64,000 bases of DNA from a virus. Where the stretch lies: IMG/VR virus record IMGVR_UViG_3300048904_000337, positions 1-64,000 of that record. One strand, written 5' to 3'. Of the stretch, positions 9,221 through 18,370 are shown piece after piece. Below the pieces are notes generated by a model, which was given only the letters and a program-made list of their open reading frames with translations, did not search any database and had not been told where the DNA came from. Position numbers and translations under genes: made by a program. Numbering within the stretch: position 1 is the stretch's first letter; every line of letters starts with the position of its first letter.

Positions 9221-9769
9221 TTAAGCAAGAAATTTCAGCGCTAATTTATAGCGTTCTTTCCGGTCGTCAAGGCCATTAGCGCCGCCATTGATAACTTTGG
9301 AGGTTGCAGTAAACTGGTCAACATCTGCCAGTTTGTTGAGGCTATTCTTTTTCCAGAACCAACCAGCTGACATTGCGGCATATTCCGGTTGTTCTAGCAG
9401 TTCTGGACTGTCAAGCAGACGCTCATCACCAAAAAGAGCCAAGCTACAGTCCTTGTAGTTCTTGCGACCAGTAACTTGGATAAAGCCTCGGCCCATAAAC
9501 TTTTTGCCGTCGCCCGGTACGATATTACCAAGATCAGCACGGCCTTCATACCGTAGCTGTGCGGTAGTTGGGCCCCAGATTTCACGTGGGTAGATCAGCG
9601 AGCCAGACTCATGGCCAATTTGCGCCAAGAAGTTGGCCGCAGCAAGCCGTGTGGAGATAGCCGCATACAGCATTGCAGCATTGATACCATTCATGTACTT
9701 TTCAGCACGAGCAGACGGGATATTCATTGCACTTGCGAGAGTAGCAGCAGTTAGCTGATACATAAACAC
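9221..9769 (-). CDS. endolysin, glycoside hydrolase family 19 (chitinase-like lysozyme)
   Basis: FLAQIGHESG, YEGRADLGN, GDGKKFMGRGFIQVTGRKNY: the GH19 phage endolysin signature. Confidence 0.8.
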   Translation of the reverse strand: MFMYQLTAATLASAMNIPSARAEKYMNGINAAMLYAAISTRLAAANFLAQIGHESGSLIYPREIWGPTTAQLRYEGRADLGNIVPGDGKKFMGRGFIQVTGRKNYKDCSLALFGDERLLDSPELLEQPEYAAMSAGWFWKKNSLNKLADVDQFTATSKVINGGANGLDDRKERYKLALKFLA

Positions 9770-9770
9770 C

Positions 9771-10094
9771 TCAGTTTTTGTGGTGCCCTTTACTGAGAAT
9801 ATTCAGTATAATGAGGCAGATTGAAGAGCTAAACAGGTCGTAGAGTTGCCGTAGTTGACTGTAGCTTTCACCAAGTGCAGCTTGACCAACCAGCTGGCTG
9901 TCTACAAAGTTATCAGAGGATAATCGCACTAGCAGGAGTAGGAGCATAATTACCGCCCCAAGCCCAGCTAGAACAGCAAAAGTGCGGGAGCACTCGCCCC
10001 CGTGAGTTGTTGTGAGCCACGTGCTGTATACAACCGTAGCAGTACAAACGACGCCAGTCGCCAAGACAGGAAGGGGCAATGTTGTGAGCATCAA
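9771..10094 (-). CDS. holin-like membrane protein
   Basis: 107 aa with two or more hydrophobic helices (LPVLATGVVCTATVVY, FAVLAGLGAVIMLLLLLV). Immediately upstream of the endolysin. Confidence 0.5.
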   Translation of the reverse strand: MMLTTLPLPVLATGVVCTATVVYSTWLTTTHGGECSRTFAVLAGLGAVIMLLLLLVRLSSDNFVDSQLVGQAALGESYSQLRQLYDLFSSSICLIILNILSKGHHKN

Positions 10095-10486
10095 TTTTTA
10101 TCCAACTCCCTGCTAACACGCGCAAGGAGACGCGCCTCTATCGCACGGACAAGTTCACTCCCTGACCAAGCAGCAATCCCGATAACACCATCACGATATT
10201 CAAAGGTAATTGGTGTTACAGAACCTGCGAGGAAAGCAGCAAATATTGCCACCATGAACAGAGCAAGAAACATAGAGAACTTAAACGGAGTACCGTTAAG
10301 CGTTTGGTATGAAATTTTTGCACATGCAGCAAGCAGCGCAATTAGGCACAAATGCGCTAACTCGAGCAGACGCTCCAGATAGTTATCCACTCGATTCTCC
10401 AGACTGTTGGCAGAACTGCGCAGTCGTGTAGCGCAACTGCGCGCGAATCTAGCTCCAGTACGAATACAGGCCAGAATTTTGCCCAT
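10091..10486 (-). CDS. membrane protein (lysis-cassette associated)
   Basis: ORF track gives 10091..10576. ATG 10484-10486 is preferred. TM segment FSMFLALFMVAIFAAFLAGSV. Stop overlaps the next gene. Confidence 0.4.
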   Translation of the reverse strand: MGKILACIRTGARFARSCATRLRSSANSLENRVDNYLERLLELAHLCLIALLAACAKISYQTLNGTPFKFSMFLALFMVAIFAAFLAGSVTPITFEYRDGVIGIAAWSGSELVRAIEARLLARVSRELDKN

Positions 10487-10533
10487 GATTATACTCCGAT
10501 CGGTCTGGTTAGTAAGTAACCGAGGATTGATTT

Positions 10534-11334
10534 TTAGTCGTCCAAAGAAGCTTTTGGACGCATTCGACACCTGCAATTAATAGCATAACCTGGTTTTCCA
10601 AGATCGCCCTTTTTTGCGTTAAACGCTTGGTTAGCATCAGAGCCGTCTGGCCACTTTAATTCTTCTGGTCCGCCTTCAAGGGAGAACTCATGACCATTGC
10701 GAAGCTCATGACACTTACGCGGTGTTTTACCTGCAGAAGAATGGTCCCAAATAAAAGTTTTAATACCGGAATCGAGCATCCGTGCAGTATTGAGACTTGT
10801 AAACAGTTTAGAGTTTTGGTCTCGAGCAATTAGCTTAGCGCGATTGCCAAGCATTTCCTGAAGCTCTGGATAAATTTTGGCCTGGTCCGGGCCGTACTTT
10901 GTGTAGAGAGCAGTGATCTTGTCAGACGTTTCTTTTGCAAGGTTGGTAATAAGCCCAACATTAGCCTCAACTTGCTGCGCCAACAACCCTTCAACTGCTG
11001 GAGCTAAACCCACAGTAAGGTGCTGCTTGCCCAGCTCCTCGATTGCGTCCCAAGTCGTTTTTGCCGAGTGCCGGTTTACCTTCGAGACAAACTTCTTGGC
11101 AATGCTAAACGCTTTTTTACGGAGCAGGTCAAGTCCAGCAAGAGTGATACGGTCTCCAACAAAACCTTTTTTCCGAAGTCCGGGAGCAACTACTTCTTCA
11201 ATGATAAGTTGATGGATTTCACGCTGATACTCAATGGCAACGCCAATCTGTGGGTTGAGCTGCTTGCCAATAATAAAAGTTGGCTTCGGCTTTCGCTCTC
11301 GAGTCTTACGCGCAATAAAGGGCTTTTTGGCCAT
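10534..11334 (-). CDS. minor head / head morphogenesis protein (Mu F / SPP1 gp7-like)
   Basis: 266 aa directly downstream of the portal gene. The C-terminal GKPGYAINCRCRMRP motif is typical of the MuF-like family. Confidence 0.65.
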   Translation of the reverse strand: MAKKPFIARKTRERKPKPTFIIGKQLNPQIGVAIEYQREIHQLIIEEVVAPGLRKKGFVGDRITLAGLDLLRKKAFSIAKKFVSKVNRHSAKTTWDAIEELGKQHLTVGLAPAVEGLLAQQVEANVGLITNLAKETSDKITALYTKYGPDQAKIYPELQEMLGNRAKLIARDQNSKLFTSLNTARMLDSGIKTFIWDHSSAGKTPRKCHELRNGHEFSLEGGPEELKWPDGSDANQAFNAKKGDLGKPGYAINCRCRMRPKASLDD

Positions 11335-11403
11335 GGGCTTCTTCTGTTAGGCGACCGACCACCGAGAGCATAACCCCCGAAATACAAACGGGGCCGGTCT
11401 AGT

Positions 11404-13263
11404 TTATTTGGCCAAATGGGCTGGCGGAGTAGGGAGAGGCTTTACGCCAGGCTCAATACCTGTTACGCCCTTAACAGATGCAGTTACAGTTGCGTAAGTC
11501 TGCTCTTGCTTTGTAGCTTGACGAGATTGAAGAGCCTCGACCAGCTTGGCAACAATATCCAAGACAAGTGCTTCGTCTACCTGACCCACAGGTGCATCGT
11601 CGCCCTGGATCAGCGAGTTGATCCGCTCGTCTTCCTCGTTTTCAAGGTTCTCGGAGTCGATACTTTCGCCACCATCATCGAGAACATCCCCATCACCATT
11701 GCCGTCGCCATTATCTGGGCCAGTTGGTTCTGGTTCAGGTACCGGTGGAAGTGGAGCATCGACATCCGCAGCAAGCGCGTAACCGGATTCCTTGTCCATG
11801 CGGATTCGAGAACGCTCTTCATCAGGGGAGATAACACCGGCATCAATATAAACCGCTGCAGTATCTGCCTTGACTTTTTGAATGTCGGCTGCGTCTTTCG
11901 CGCCAATAACGTCAACTGGCTCCCAGGTGTGGGAAATCTCGATACCATCCATGTACGAGTGTGAAACCAGCAGATAATGCCGTTCAAGGAATTGGTCAAA
12001 CCAAGTAGACTGGATAGACTCCAGATATTCATGGTAAGACTTCATTTCATGCTCGCCAGTAGCATTGAAGCCCTTTGGAGAAGTACCAAGCAATTTGGTT
12101 GCTGGCACTTGCGCAATTGCTGCTACAATTTGATACTGCGTCATAATGACGGTATCAAGGTCAGCAAGAGAAGTGTCAATCTGGGACACATCCTCATCCT
12201 TGCCAACTACCCGAACTTGCGAGTTGTCACGGAAGCTGACCCACTCTTGCATCCGAGCAACAAACGCGCCAAGTTTCATCTTGGCCTTGACCAGGTCTAC
12301 CTTGAGAACTGTAGTTCGCTTGGCCATTGCGAGAAGCGGAGCTTCGTTGGCAGTTCGCTCTGCAGCATATACTCGTTCAGCAATTCGCTGGGTAAGCGGC
12401 AGACCGCCAAATAGGTAGGAGGGTTTGAGAACGTCTGCTACTTCTTCGGTACGAAGAATAACAAGGTGCGATCGGTGGTAAGTCACCCCACCTGCCTGCC
12501 AGAAAGTCGGTTCGTAGAATTCTGGACTGGCTGGGTTAGATGCGCCAACAGAGCTTAGCAGTGGATAGATCCACTGTGGGTCGATCTGTACCCAGCCGCG
12601 GAAAGAGCCAGGGGTAATACCATCAATATTGAACTTTTTCTTGTAGTAGTCCGGATCAGTGGAGTCGACAAGAGGAATAAGAATTCGAATGCCAAAGACG
12701 TTGGCAAACTTGGCCGCTTCCATCATTACGCGGTCAAGACCCATTCGCTCGTCAATTGCTTTGAGCTTCAGGTCAAGCTCTTCAATTTTGTCAGAATCTT
12801 CAACGTCTTTGAAGTCGGTAGTCCAGCCGTTACGAATGGCGTCCTCGGCCGGCATTGCGCAGGCTTTACTGACCAACCAGTTTTGTGCAATGATTGCACA
12901 CATCTGGTGACCGATAAACCCTTGAGAAGAATACCAACCTGCAAGTGCTGGAGAAATAGCTTGGGTATTGGCAAACCCGCCAGTCATCAGCGTTCCACCA
13001 TTGCAGCTATCACCCACAGCAACGGCCGAGTCGCCAGCAAACTCGTCGACAACAGCAAAGTCCTCTACTGTTCTGGTAATGGACTTACTGACAATAGAGT
13101 CGAGAGTTGGGGACGTATTGTCATCGAGCCGGTCTGGCCAATATTCTTTTGGGCTGTAGCCTGCCTTGGAAGTCAAGTCCAGCACGTCAGTGACTGCAGA
13201 CTTGCTTACCTCGGTGGAGACGGTCGGCTCTTTACGTCCGCGCAATTTGTCAAAGAGTTTCAT
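11404..13263 (-). CDS. portal protein
   Basis: 619 aa with an acidic C-terminal tail. Occupies the canonical position between the terminase region and the MuF-like gene. Confidence 0.75.
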   Translation of the reverse strand: MKLFDKLRGRKEPTVSTEVSKSAVTDVLDLTSKAGYSPKEYWPDRLDDNTSPTLDSIVSKSITRTVEDFAVVDEFAGDSAVAVGDSCNGGTLMTGGFANTQAISPALAGWYSSQGFIGHQMCAIIAQNWLVSKACAMPAEDAIRNGWTTDFKDVEDSDKIEELDLKLKAIDERMGLDRVMMEAAKFANVFGIRILIPLVDSTDPDYYKKKFNIDGITPGSFRGWVQIDPQWIYPLLSSVGASNPASPEFYEPTFWQAGGVTYHRSHLVILRTEEVADVLKPSYLFGGLPLTQRIAERVYAAERTANEAPLLAMAKRTTVLKVDLVKAKMKLGAFVARMQEWVSFRDNSQVRVVGKDEDVSQIDTSLADLDTVIMTQYQIVAAIAQVPATKLLGTSPKGFNATGEHEMKSYHEYLESIQSTWFDQFLERHYLLVSHSYMDGIEISHTWEPVDVIGAKDAADIQKVKADTAAVYIDAGVISPDEERSRIRMDKESGYALAADVDAPLPPVPEPEPTGPDNGDGNGDGDVLDDGGESIDSENLENEEDERINSLIQGDDAPVGQVDEALVLDIVAKLVEALQSRQATKQEQTYATVTASVKGVTGIEPGVKPLPTPPAHLAK

Positions 13264-13436
13264 GCTGATCCGATTCGTAGGTCAAGTTAGCACGGATTTT
13301 AGGCTAAGCCTGTCGGAGAAGTAAACGGACAGCAGTTCTTCTATTAATACGCGTGGCACACGCGAATATCGTAGTTGACTGCATTTGTACAGAGTTATTA
13401 AGCTATAAGAAATACCTTCAATATGCTAAAATAGTA

Positions 13437-13466
13437 TTTCCAACATTGGAGCCCTATCGGCATAAT
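13437..13466 (+). promoter_or_regulatory. sigma70-like promoter candidate for 13524 gene
   Basis: TTTCCA, 18-nt spacer, CATAAT (GGCATAAT box, shared with the 21348 and 46553 promoters). Confidence 0.35.
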
Positions 13467-13523
13467 AACTACATCAGCGAGCAACAATGACTTGCTGCAA
13501 ACCAAGCTACATTACTGAGGATT

Positions 13524-14141
13524 ATGGAAATGACTACTGAAACCAAACTTACTGCTAAGCAAAAGCTCATCAACAATGTTCTGGGCATGTCAAACAACAC
13601 CTACAGCGCCAACGACCTGAATGAAATGAAGGTTGCTGAAATCAAAGAGCTGTTGGCTGACATGAAAAAAGAGCTGCTGACCCCTGACGCTGAAGTCGGT
13701 GAAAATGGTGAGTTTGTTGCTCCGGTCCTCACTGACGAGCAAAAAGCAGCTATTGCTTACGTGGATGCTGCTTCAACTAAAGATCCAAAAGAGCCAAAAG
13801 CGCCAAAAGCAGATAAGGGCCCAAGCAAGCGTGAAACTCTGTATGCAATCTTCGACAAAGCGCATGCCGAAGGCGTGAAGCTGAAAGATGCTGCAAAGGC
13901 CGCATTGCCAGAAACTTCGGATGGCGTAATTGCTTCGTACGCCACCTACTGGCGTGCCGATCGTGGCATCGTTGCTGAACGTAAGTTCGGTAATACTGCC
14001 CCAAAAGCTACCAAAGCTGAAAAAGCGTTGGCTGCTCTGCGCAAAATCTACGGTGAAGAGTTCAACTTCGAGCAAATTGTAATCGAAGTCAGTGTAGCAA
14101 TGGATGAAGAGCGTACCGCACAAGCTGAAACTGCTGAATAA
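13524..14141 (+). CDS. hypothetical Lys/Ala/Glu-rich protein, paralog of 46624..47103
   Basis: 205 aa. ATG 13530 may be the true start because of its spacing from the GAGGA RBS. Has its own promoter and terminator. Shares a core domain and the C-terminal AETAE with 46624..47103. Confidence 0.65.
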   Translation: MEMTTETKLTAKQKLINNVLGMSNNTYSANDLNEMKVAEIKELLADMKKELLTPDAEVGENGEFVAPVLTDEQKAAIAYVDAASTKDPKEPKAPKADKGPSKRETLYAIFDKAHAEGVKLKDAAKAALPETSDGVIASYATYWRADRGIVAERKFGNTAPKATKAEKALAALRKIYGEEFNFEQIVIEVSVAMDEERTAQAETAE

Positions 14142-14158
14142 CTCAGCAGCAAGAAAAC

Positions 14159-14184
14159 AAAACCCTCTTAAGTGAGGGTTTTGT
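14159..14184 (+). terminator. intrinsic terminator
   Basis: AACCCTC-ttaagt-GAGGGTT followed by TTTG. Almost identical to the terminator at 47120-47150. Confidence 0.75.
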
Positions 14185-14271
14185 CGTAGGAGAAATATGG
14201 CGTTTAACAGCATTTTACGCGGCATTAATTGCCGCTGTGCAGTAATTCCAATTTATGAAGGAGAACTTGCA

Positions 14272-14568
14272 ATGGGTGATGAAGCTGACCGCCTTATTGA
14301 CAGACAAATGATGTATCTGCCATGCCTTGACAAACGAGTTGCGCATCGTGCTTCCAACAAAGACATGGCGATGGTACTTGACATGGCAGAAAAAGCTGAA
14401 GCTGAGGGCCCTCGTGAGCCTTCAACAAGAACCACTTGCAACCGCTGTGGGACAACTCGCCTTCACTGGACTGGTGACAAGCAAGCAGGAACGCTTGTAA
14501 TGCGGGATGAGCACGGTTTTGTGCACAAGTGTCCTGACTACGGTGTCAAGTTGAATCTTACCCTTTGA
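14272..14568 (+). CDS. hypothetical small protein with zinc-ribbon-like CxxC...C motif
   Basis: ORF track gives 14197..14568. ATG 14272 sits behind the GAAGGAGA RBS. Contains CNRCG....HKCP. Confidence 0.55.
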   Translation: MGDEADRLIDRQMMYLPCLDKRVAHRASNKDMAMVLDMAEKAEAEGPREPSTRTTCNRCGTTRLHWTGDKQAGTLVMRDEHGFVHKCPDYGVKLNLTL

Positions 14569-14581
14569 CCCACAGTGTAAC

Positions 14582-14607
14582 AAGCCGGCCGCGAAGCCGG
14601 CTTTCTT
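14582..14607 (+). terminator. intrinsic terminator between convergent genes
   Basis: AAGCCGGC-cgcgaa-GCCGGCTT followed by TCTT. Overlaps the terminase stop. Confidence 0.65.
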
Positions 14608-16006
14608 ATAAGTCGAAGAAGCCTGCACCTGTTTGATCGCGATAAAGGGCAATAACTGCGGCGTCTGCCAAGTTGGGAGATGCAATATTACGCTTCTTCA
14701 AGTCTGCTTTCTTCTCCACTCGCACACGACCTGCCTCGTCAATCTGCTTTCTTGGAGTAGATAGCTCAAAGAACAGTTTCTCCAAGCTGTCAATCTCACT
14801 ACTGAAAGACAACAGCTCGTTGTCATCAAACTGTGGAAGATCAGCAGCTTCAGTTCCGCGCTCAATCGCAGACACAAGTACAAAAGTGTTACGAGCCCTG
14901 TCCGCAAGGGTGCCCCAAGCCTCGGCTTTTAGGTTGGAAAAGTACTCCTCGCAAGTAGTGTCCAGCATATAAGCTGCAGTGCTTGGTGAATGACCTGCAT
15001 GGAATTTCCCGTATTCCAGCTGTGGGAGACCCTTCAGCATCCGTTCTTCGTTCATTTCATTTATTTTCGGAACAGCAGAGGCGCCAATACCGATCACATC
15101 CGGAACCAGAATAGCATCAGCTTCCAGCGCTTTAAAGAAAGCGTACTTCACCGATTCCAGCAACTGGTCTTCAGTAGACGCCCATTCCTCAAGCGAGCGT
15201 AGCAGGTTTCCCTTCGCATTGGCAAGTGCCGAGGTGTCGTCACCGGCATCTGCAATATCGAAGCCCATCCGATTGTCGCCATACGCAATTCCCGGCCGGT
15301 TCAAAACAATGTGAGAATCGACGCAAGCCCGAAGCCAAGACGGTTTGATAAAGCTAAGTTGGTCGTCAGTGCGCGGAACGCCTAGGTAGATATGGGCAAA
15401 TTCCTCAGGCGGCAAGCGTTTCTTTGCGTCCCGAATAGACCGGATCATGGTCTCGCTCAAGAACGGGTTCTGATCGTAGTTGATCTTACGAACAATGCTA
15501 TCCGCTGGAGGGTTGAGCACCATTGACCACATAAAGTCAGTAGCTAAGTCAGGGTTCCAGATTATCCAAACTTCAGACTGGTTTTTACGTATAGTAGGCT
15601 CAATAGTCGCCCATTGCTCCTTGGTTAGTTTACCGGCTTCCTCAATAATCAGGATGTCTACACCGTTGAGAGACTTAATCTCCTGCAGGTTTCGCGCAAT
15701 GCCATAATAGAGGTACTGCGTGCCAGTTTCAAGGTCCCAAGTAGTAGTGTTCTGAAAATCGTACTGGTCAGCAAGACCCATTTCTTCAATGCGATTTTCA
15801 ATCAATGATTTGCAAGACTGGGCAATAGAGTTTTGAAACTGACGAGCCACTACTACGCGCAACTGTAATTGCGAACCCATATATGCAATTGCAGTGGCAA
15901 AATCGTAGGACTTAGAACTCGATCGGCCGCCATAAACAAATTTGAAACGGGCTGGGTTAAACCAAACATCTGCCAGCGCTGGATTCATGAATACGCCATC
16001 GCTCAC
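14606..16006 (-). CDS. terL: terminase large subunit (PBSX/XtmB, Terminase_3-like)
   Basis: 466 aa. P-loop FVYGGRSSSKSYDF. Walker B-like VDILIIEEAG. C-terminal nuclease-domain acidic residues. Confidence 0.85.
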   Translation of the reverse strand: MSDGVFMNPALADVWFNPARFKFVYGGRSSSKSYDFATAIAYMGSQLQLRVVVARQFQNSIAQSCKSLIENRIEEMGLADQYDFQNTTTWDLETGTQYLYYGIARNLQEIKSLNGVDILIIEEAGKLTKEQWATIEPTIRKNQSEVWIIWNPDLATDFMWSMVLNPPADSIVRKINYDQNPFLSETMIRSIRDAKKRLPPEEFAHIYLGVPRTDDQLSFIKPSWLRACVDSHIVLNRPGIAYGDNRMGFDIADAGDDTSALANAKGNLLRSLEEWASTEDQLLESVKYAFFKALEADAILVPDVIGIGASAVPKINEMNEERMLKGLPQLEYGKFHAGHSPSTAAYMLDTTCEEYFSNLKAEAWGTLADRARNTFVLVSAIERGTEAADLPQFDDNELLSFSSEIDSLEKLFFELSTPRKQIDEAGRVRVEKKADLKKRNIASPNLADAAVIALYRDQTGAGFFDL

Positions 16007-16338
16007 AGGAAGTCCTCATCGTCATCTTCGTTCTTAGGCTCAGCTGTAGGCGTAGGTGTAAATACCGGAACACTGTCATTTGCCTGCCGTTCGCTCTTGA
16101 TATCTTTAGCTACGTCAACACCTGAAGCAACGCCCTTATAAAAGTCGGCCAGACTGACAAATCGCTTTTTGACTTCAACTTTAATAGGGGTATAGGCGTC
16201 TTCTATTCGCGCGATGCGGTCGAGTGCCGCAACAGCAACAGAACCGGGATGGCCCGGGTCGCCTACCAGCGCCCAGAGCTCGTCTAGAATCTCTTGGCGC
16301 TTTGCAAGCTTGGCTGATTGAGTGTCGTTATCTGACAT
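16003..16338 (-). CDS. terminase small subunit candidate
   Basis: 111 aa. Its stop overlaps the terL start. Acidic C-terminus. Assigned by position only. Confidence 0.4.
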   Translation of the reverse strand: MSDNDTQSAKLAKRQEILDELWALVGDPGHPGSVAVAALDRIARIEDAYTPIKVEVKKRFVSLADFYKGVASGVDVAKDIKSERQANDSVPVFTPTPTAEPKNEDDDEDFL

Positions 16339-16397
16339 TGAGGATTAACCAAAAACGGGGGTATAATGCAGAAGACTCTATCATGCCCTAGAAAAAA

Positions 16398-16435
16398 AGT
16401 AAATAAAAACCCGGCGTAGCAAAGGCTAGCCGGGC
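16398..16435 (-). terminator. intrinsic terminator (minus strand)
   Basis: Minus sense: CCCGGC-13 nt loop-GCCGGG followed by TTTTTATTT. The ACCCACAG motif abuts it at 16441. Confidence 0.7.
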
Positions 16436-16455
16436 TAGTAACCCACAGTATACAG

Positions 16456-17019
16456 CTACTTGGAGGACACGGTTCCGTCTTTGACTGCAAAGTCAGTAAT
16501 CGCTGCAGTTTGCTTTTGGCTTTCCTTGGTCATGCCAAAATAGAACCCAAGAGTCTGCTTCAACTCGCTCATCCACAAGCCGATAAGTAGAGAAACAGTA
16601 CTTGCCGCAACTGGGTCGCGAAGAGCTGGAAGAGCCCAGCCTGTAAAGATGCAGATAAGAATTGACAACGCACCTGCCAGCAGAATACCTGTTACAATTG
16701 GGCGAACCAAATCATTTGGCTGGGCCGCTGCCAGCTTACGCGCCGAGTCGCGGTCAGCAGCTTCTGCTGCGTATTGGTCTGCAGCCGCTGTAATCATCAG
16801 CTTTTGCAGTTCCGCGCTATTGTTTTCCTGGAGCTCTTTCAGTTTGTAGGCCAAACTTGGGTCAGCAGCCAGAGCTGCATTCACCGAATCTGGGTCGTTG
16901 TTGGTTCCCAAAGCAGTAGACACAAGCGCGCCTACTGCCGCCCCAGCGGGACCGCCCAGCAGTGTTCCCACTGTGGGTGCCATAGTTCCGACTACCTTTC
17001 CGATATCTGACCAGTTCAA
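16456..17019 (-). CDS. membrane protein, possibly 3-TM holin family
   Basis: 187 aa. N-terminal glycine-zipper (GTLLGGPAGAAVGALVSTALG), central DRDSARK, and C-terminal TM helices. Resembles GTA-type 3TM holins from memory. Confidence 0.4.
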   Translation of the reverse strand: MNWSDIGKVVGTMAPTVGTLLGGPAGAAVGALVSTALGTNNDPDSVNAALAADPSLAYKLKELQENNSAELQKLMITAAADQYAAEAADRDSARKLAAAQPNDLVRPIVTGILLAGALSILICIFTGWALPALRDPVAASTVSLLIGLWMSELKQTLGFYFGMTKESQKQTAAITDFAVKDGTVSSK

Positions 17020-17318
17020 TCTAATGCCCTCAGCATGTCATCGGTAATTTCTTCACGTTGCTCATTCCAGTCCTTCCAGTCCGGTTGGAGAACTTTGCGG
17101 TTCTTGAAATAGTTTTGCCTAGCGATATTTTTCGCTCTGTATATTGCAGCTTCTACTGACAATGCTGTTGCTTCTTGCCCATTTTCACGAAGAAAACGAG
17201 CAAGATCGTAACTGTTACTCAGCCGGAAGTGGTCCTTTCCATACTGCATACAAACTTGCTGAAGTGGAGATTGCTGCCTGCGAGGTTTATGACTATGCTG
17301 TTTTGGTTGCATTTTCAA
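17016..17318 (-). CDS. hypothetical protein
   Basis: 100-aa ORF, translationally coupled to its neighbour. Confidence 0.5.
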   Translation of the reverse strand: MKMQPKQHSHKPRRQQSPLQQVCMQYGKDHFRLSNSYDLARFLRENGQEATALSVEAAIYRAKNIARQNYFKNRKVLQPDWKDWNEQREEITDDMLRALD

Positions 17319-17862
17319 CCTCCGTTAACAGCTTAAGACATTCTTTTGGATCTGCCTCCAAGATGCGGAACCAACGCTCAAAGTAGGCACGTAGCTCTTT
17401 CCGACGGAAATGAGTTTGGGCTTGCTGCATTAAGAACTGGTGGTAGCCAACAGTCTTATGTGCAATAAGCATGGCGCGTACTGGAGGAATAACAAGCCCA
17501 AGACGGATTCGTACTTCTTCGTCATCCCAGGCATCAGTCAGCGTAGTGCATAGATACGAGTTTGCTACGCGACGAAACTCCATTGCTAGCACAAGGGCTC
17601 GAGGTTGTACACCGTTTTTGCAAGCTGTTTTCCAGCCATACTCGAAAGTATGGTCATCCTGCAGCAATGGACGCAAGCAAGCTGCTCGCATAACTGCGGG
17701 CCAGCTGGAAAGATGATCGAGCACTTTCAGCGTTTGGTCAACTTGCCTAATGAGCTGAGTTCGGCCATCAGCAGTAGTTTTGTTACCAAGCATCTTTCTG
17801 GCAAGCTCGTACTCTGGGCTTTCAAGTGCTACAACAATTGGCTCTTTAAATGGTGCAGTCAT
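17293..17862 (-). CDS. hypothetical protein
   Basis: 189-aa ORF in the minus-strand operon. No motif recognised. Confidence 0.55.
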   Translation of the reverse strand: MTAPFKEPIVVALESPEYELARKMLGNKTTADGRTQLIRQVDQTLKVLDHLSSWPAVMRAACLRPLLQDDHTFEYGWKTACKNGVQPRALVLAMEFRRVANSYLCTTLTDAWDDEEVRIRLGLVIPPVRAMLIAHKTVGYHQFLMQQAQTHFRRKELRAYFERWFRILEADPKECLKLLTEVENATKTA

Positions 17863-18056
17863 TCACATAGTTCCTTATATTTTTTACGGTAGTCAGGCCA
17901 GCCAAGCTCGCCCTTGGAAGTTTGATTGAGCTTTACCATACTGCAATATTCGTCTTGCTGTAATTGCGCATCAAGCTTATGGTCCAGGGCATCAGACATA
18001 ATAAATACAGTCATGCCGCAACCAGCTATCAGTAATACAGTTTCTTTAAAACCCAT
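17859..18056 (-). CDS. small membrane protein
   Basis: 65 aa with an N-terminal TM helix (TVLLIAGCGMTVFIM). Confidence 0.45.
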   Translation of the reverse strand: MGFKETVLLIAGCGMTVFIMSDALDHKLDAQLQQDEYCSMVKLNQTSKGELGWPDYRKKYKELCE

Positions 18057-18080
18057 GATAAAGCTCCATCTATTATTTGG

Positions 18081-18311
18081 CTAGTGCATAAACCATTGTG
18101 TCATGTCTAGCTTTTGTTGTATACTGTAGAAAGATGGTGGATTGACTGTTTCAAGAATATTGTCATGGTCAACTGCCGACATGAGCTGGTCAAGCTTGAC
18201 TTTTATCGTAGGTCGACGCAAACCGTCTCTAACTAGAACCAGATGACACGGAGAATTATACAGAGAAGACATACGCTCTGCTTTTGTAATTGCAGCTTCA
18301 ATATCACCCAT
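18081..18311 (-). CDS. hypothetical protein
   Basis: 76-aa ORF in the operon. Confidence 0.45.
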   Translation of the reverse strand: MGDIEAAITKAERMSSLYNSPCHLVLVRDGLRRPTIKVKLDQLMSAVDHDNILETVNPPSFYSIQQKLDMTQWFMH

Positions 18312-18370
18312 CAGTCAGCACCAAAAAGACGAGCCAAGATGTTAAGGATAAGCAACAAAGTATTCATGAG

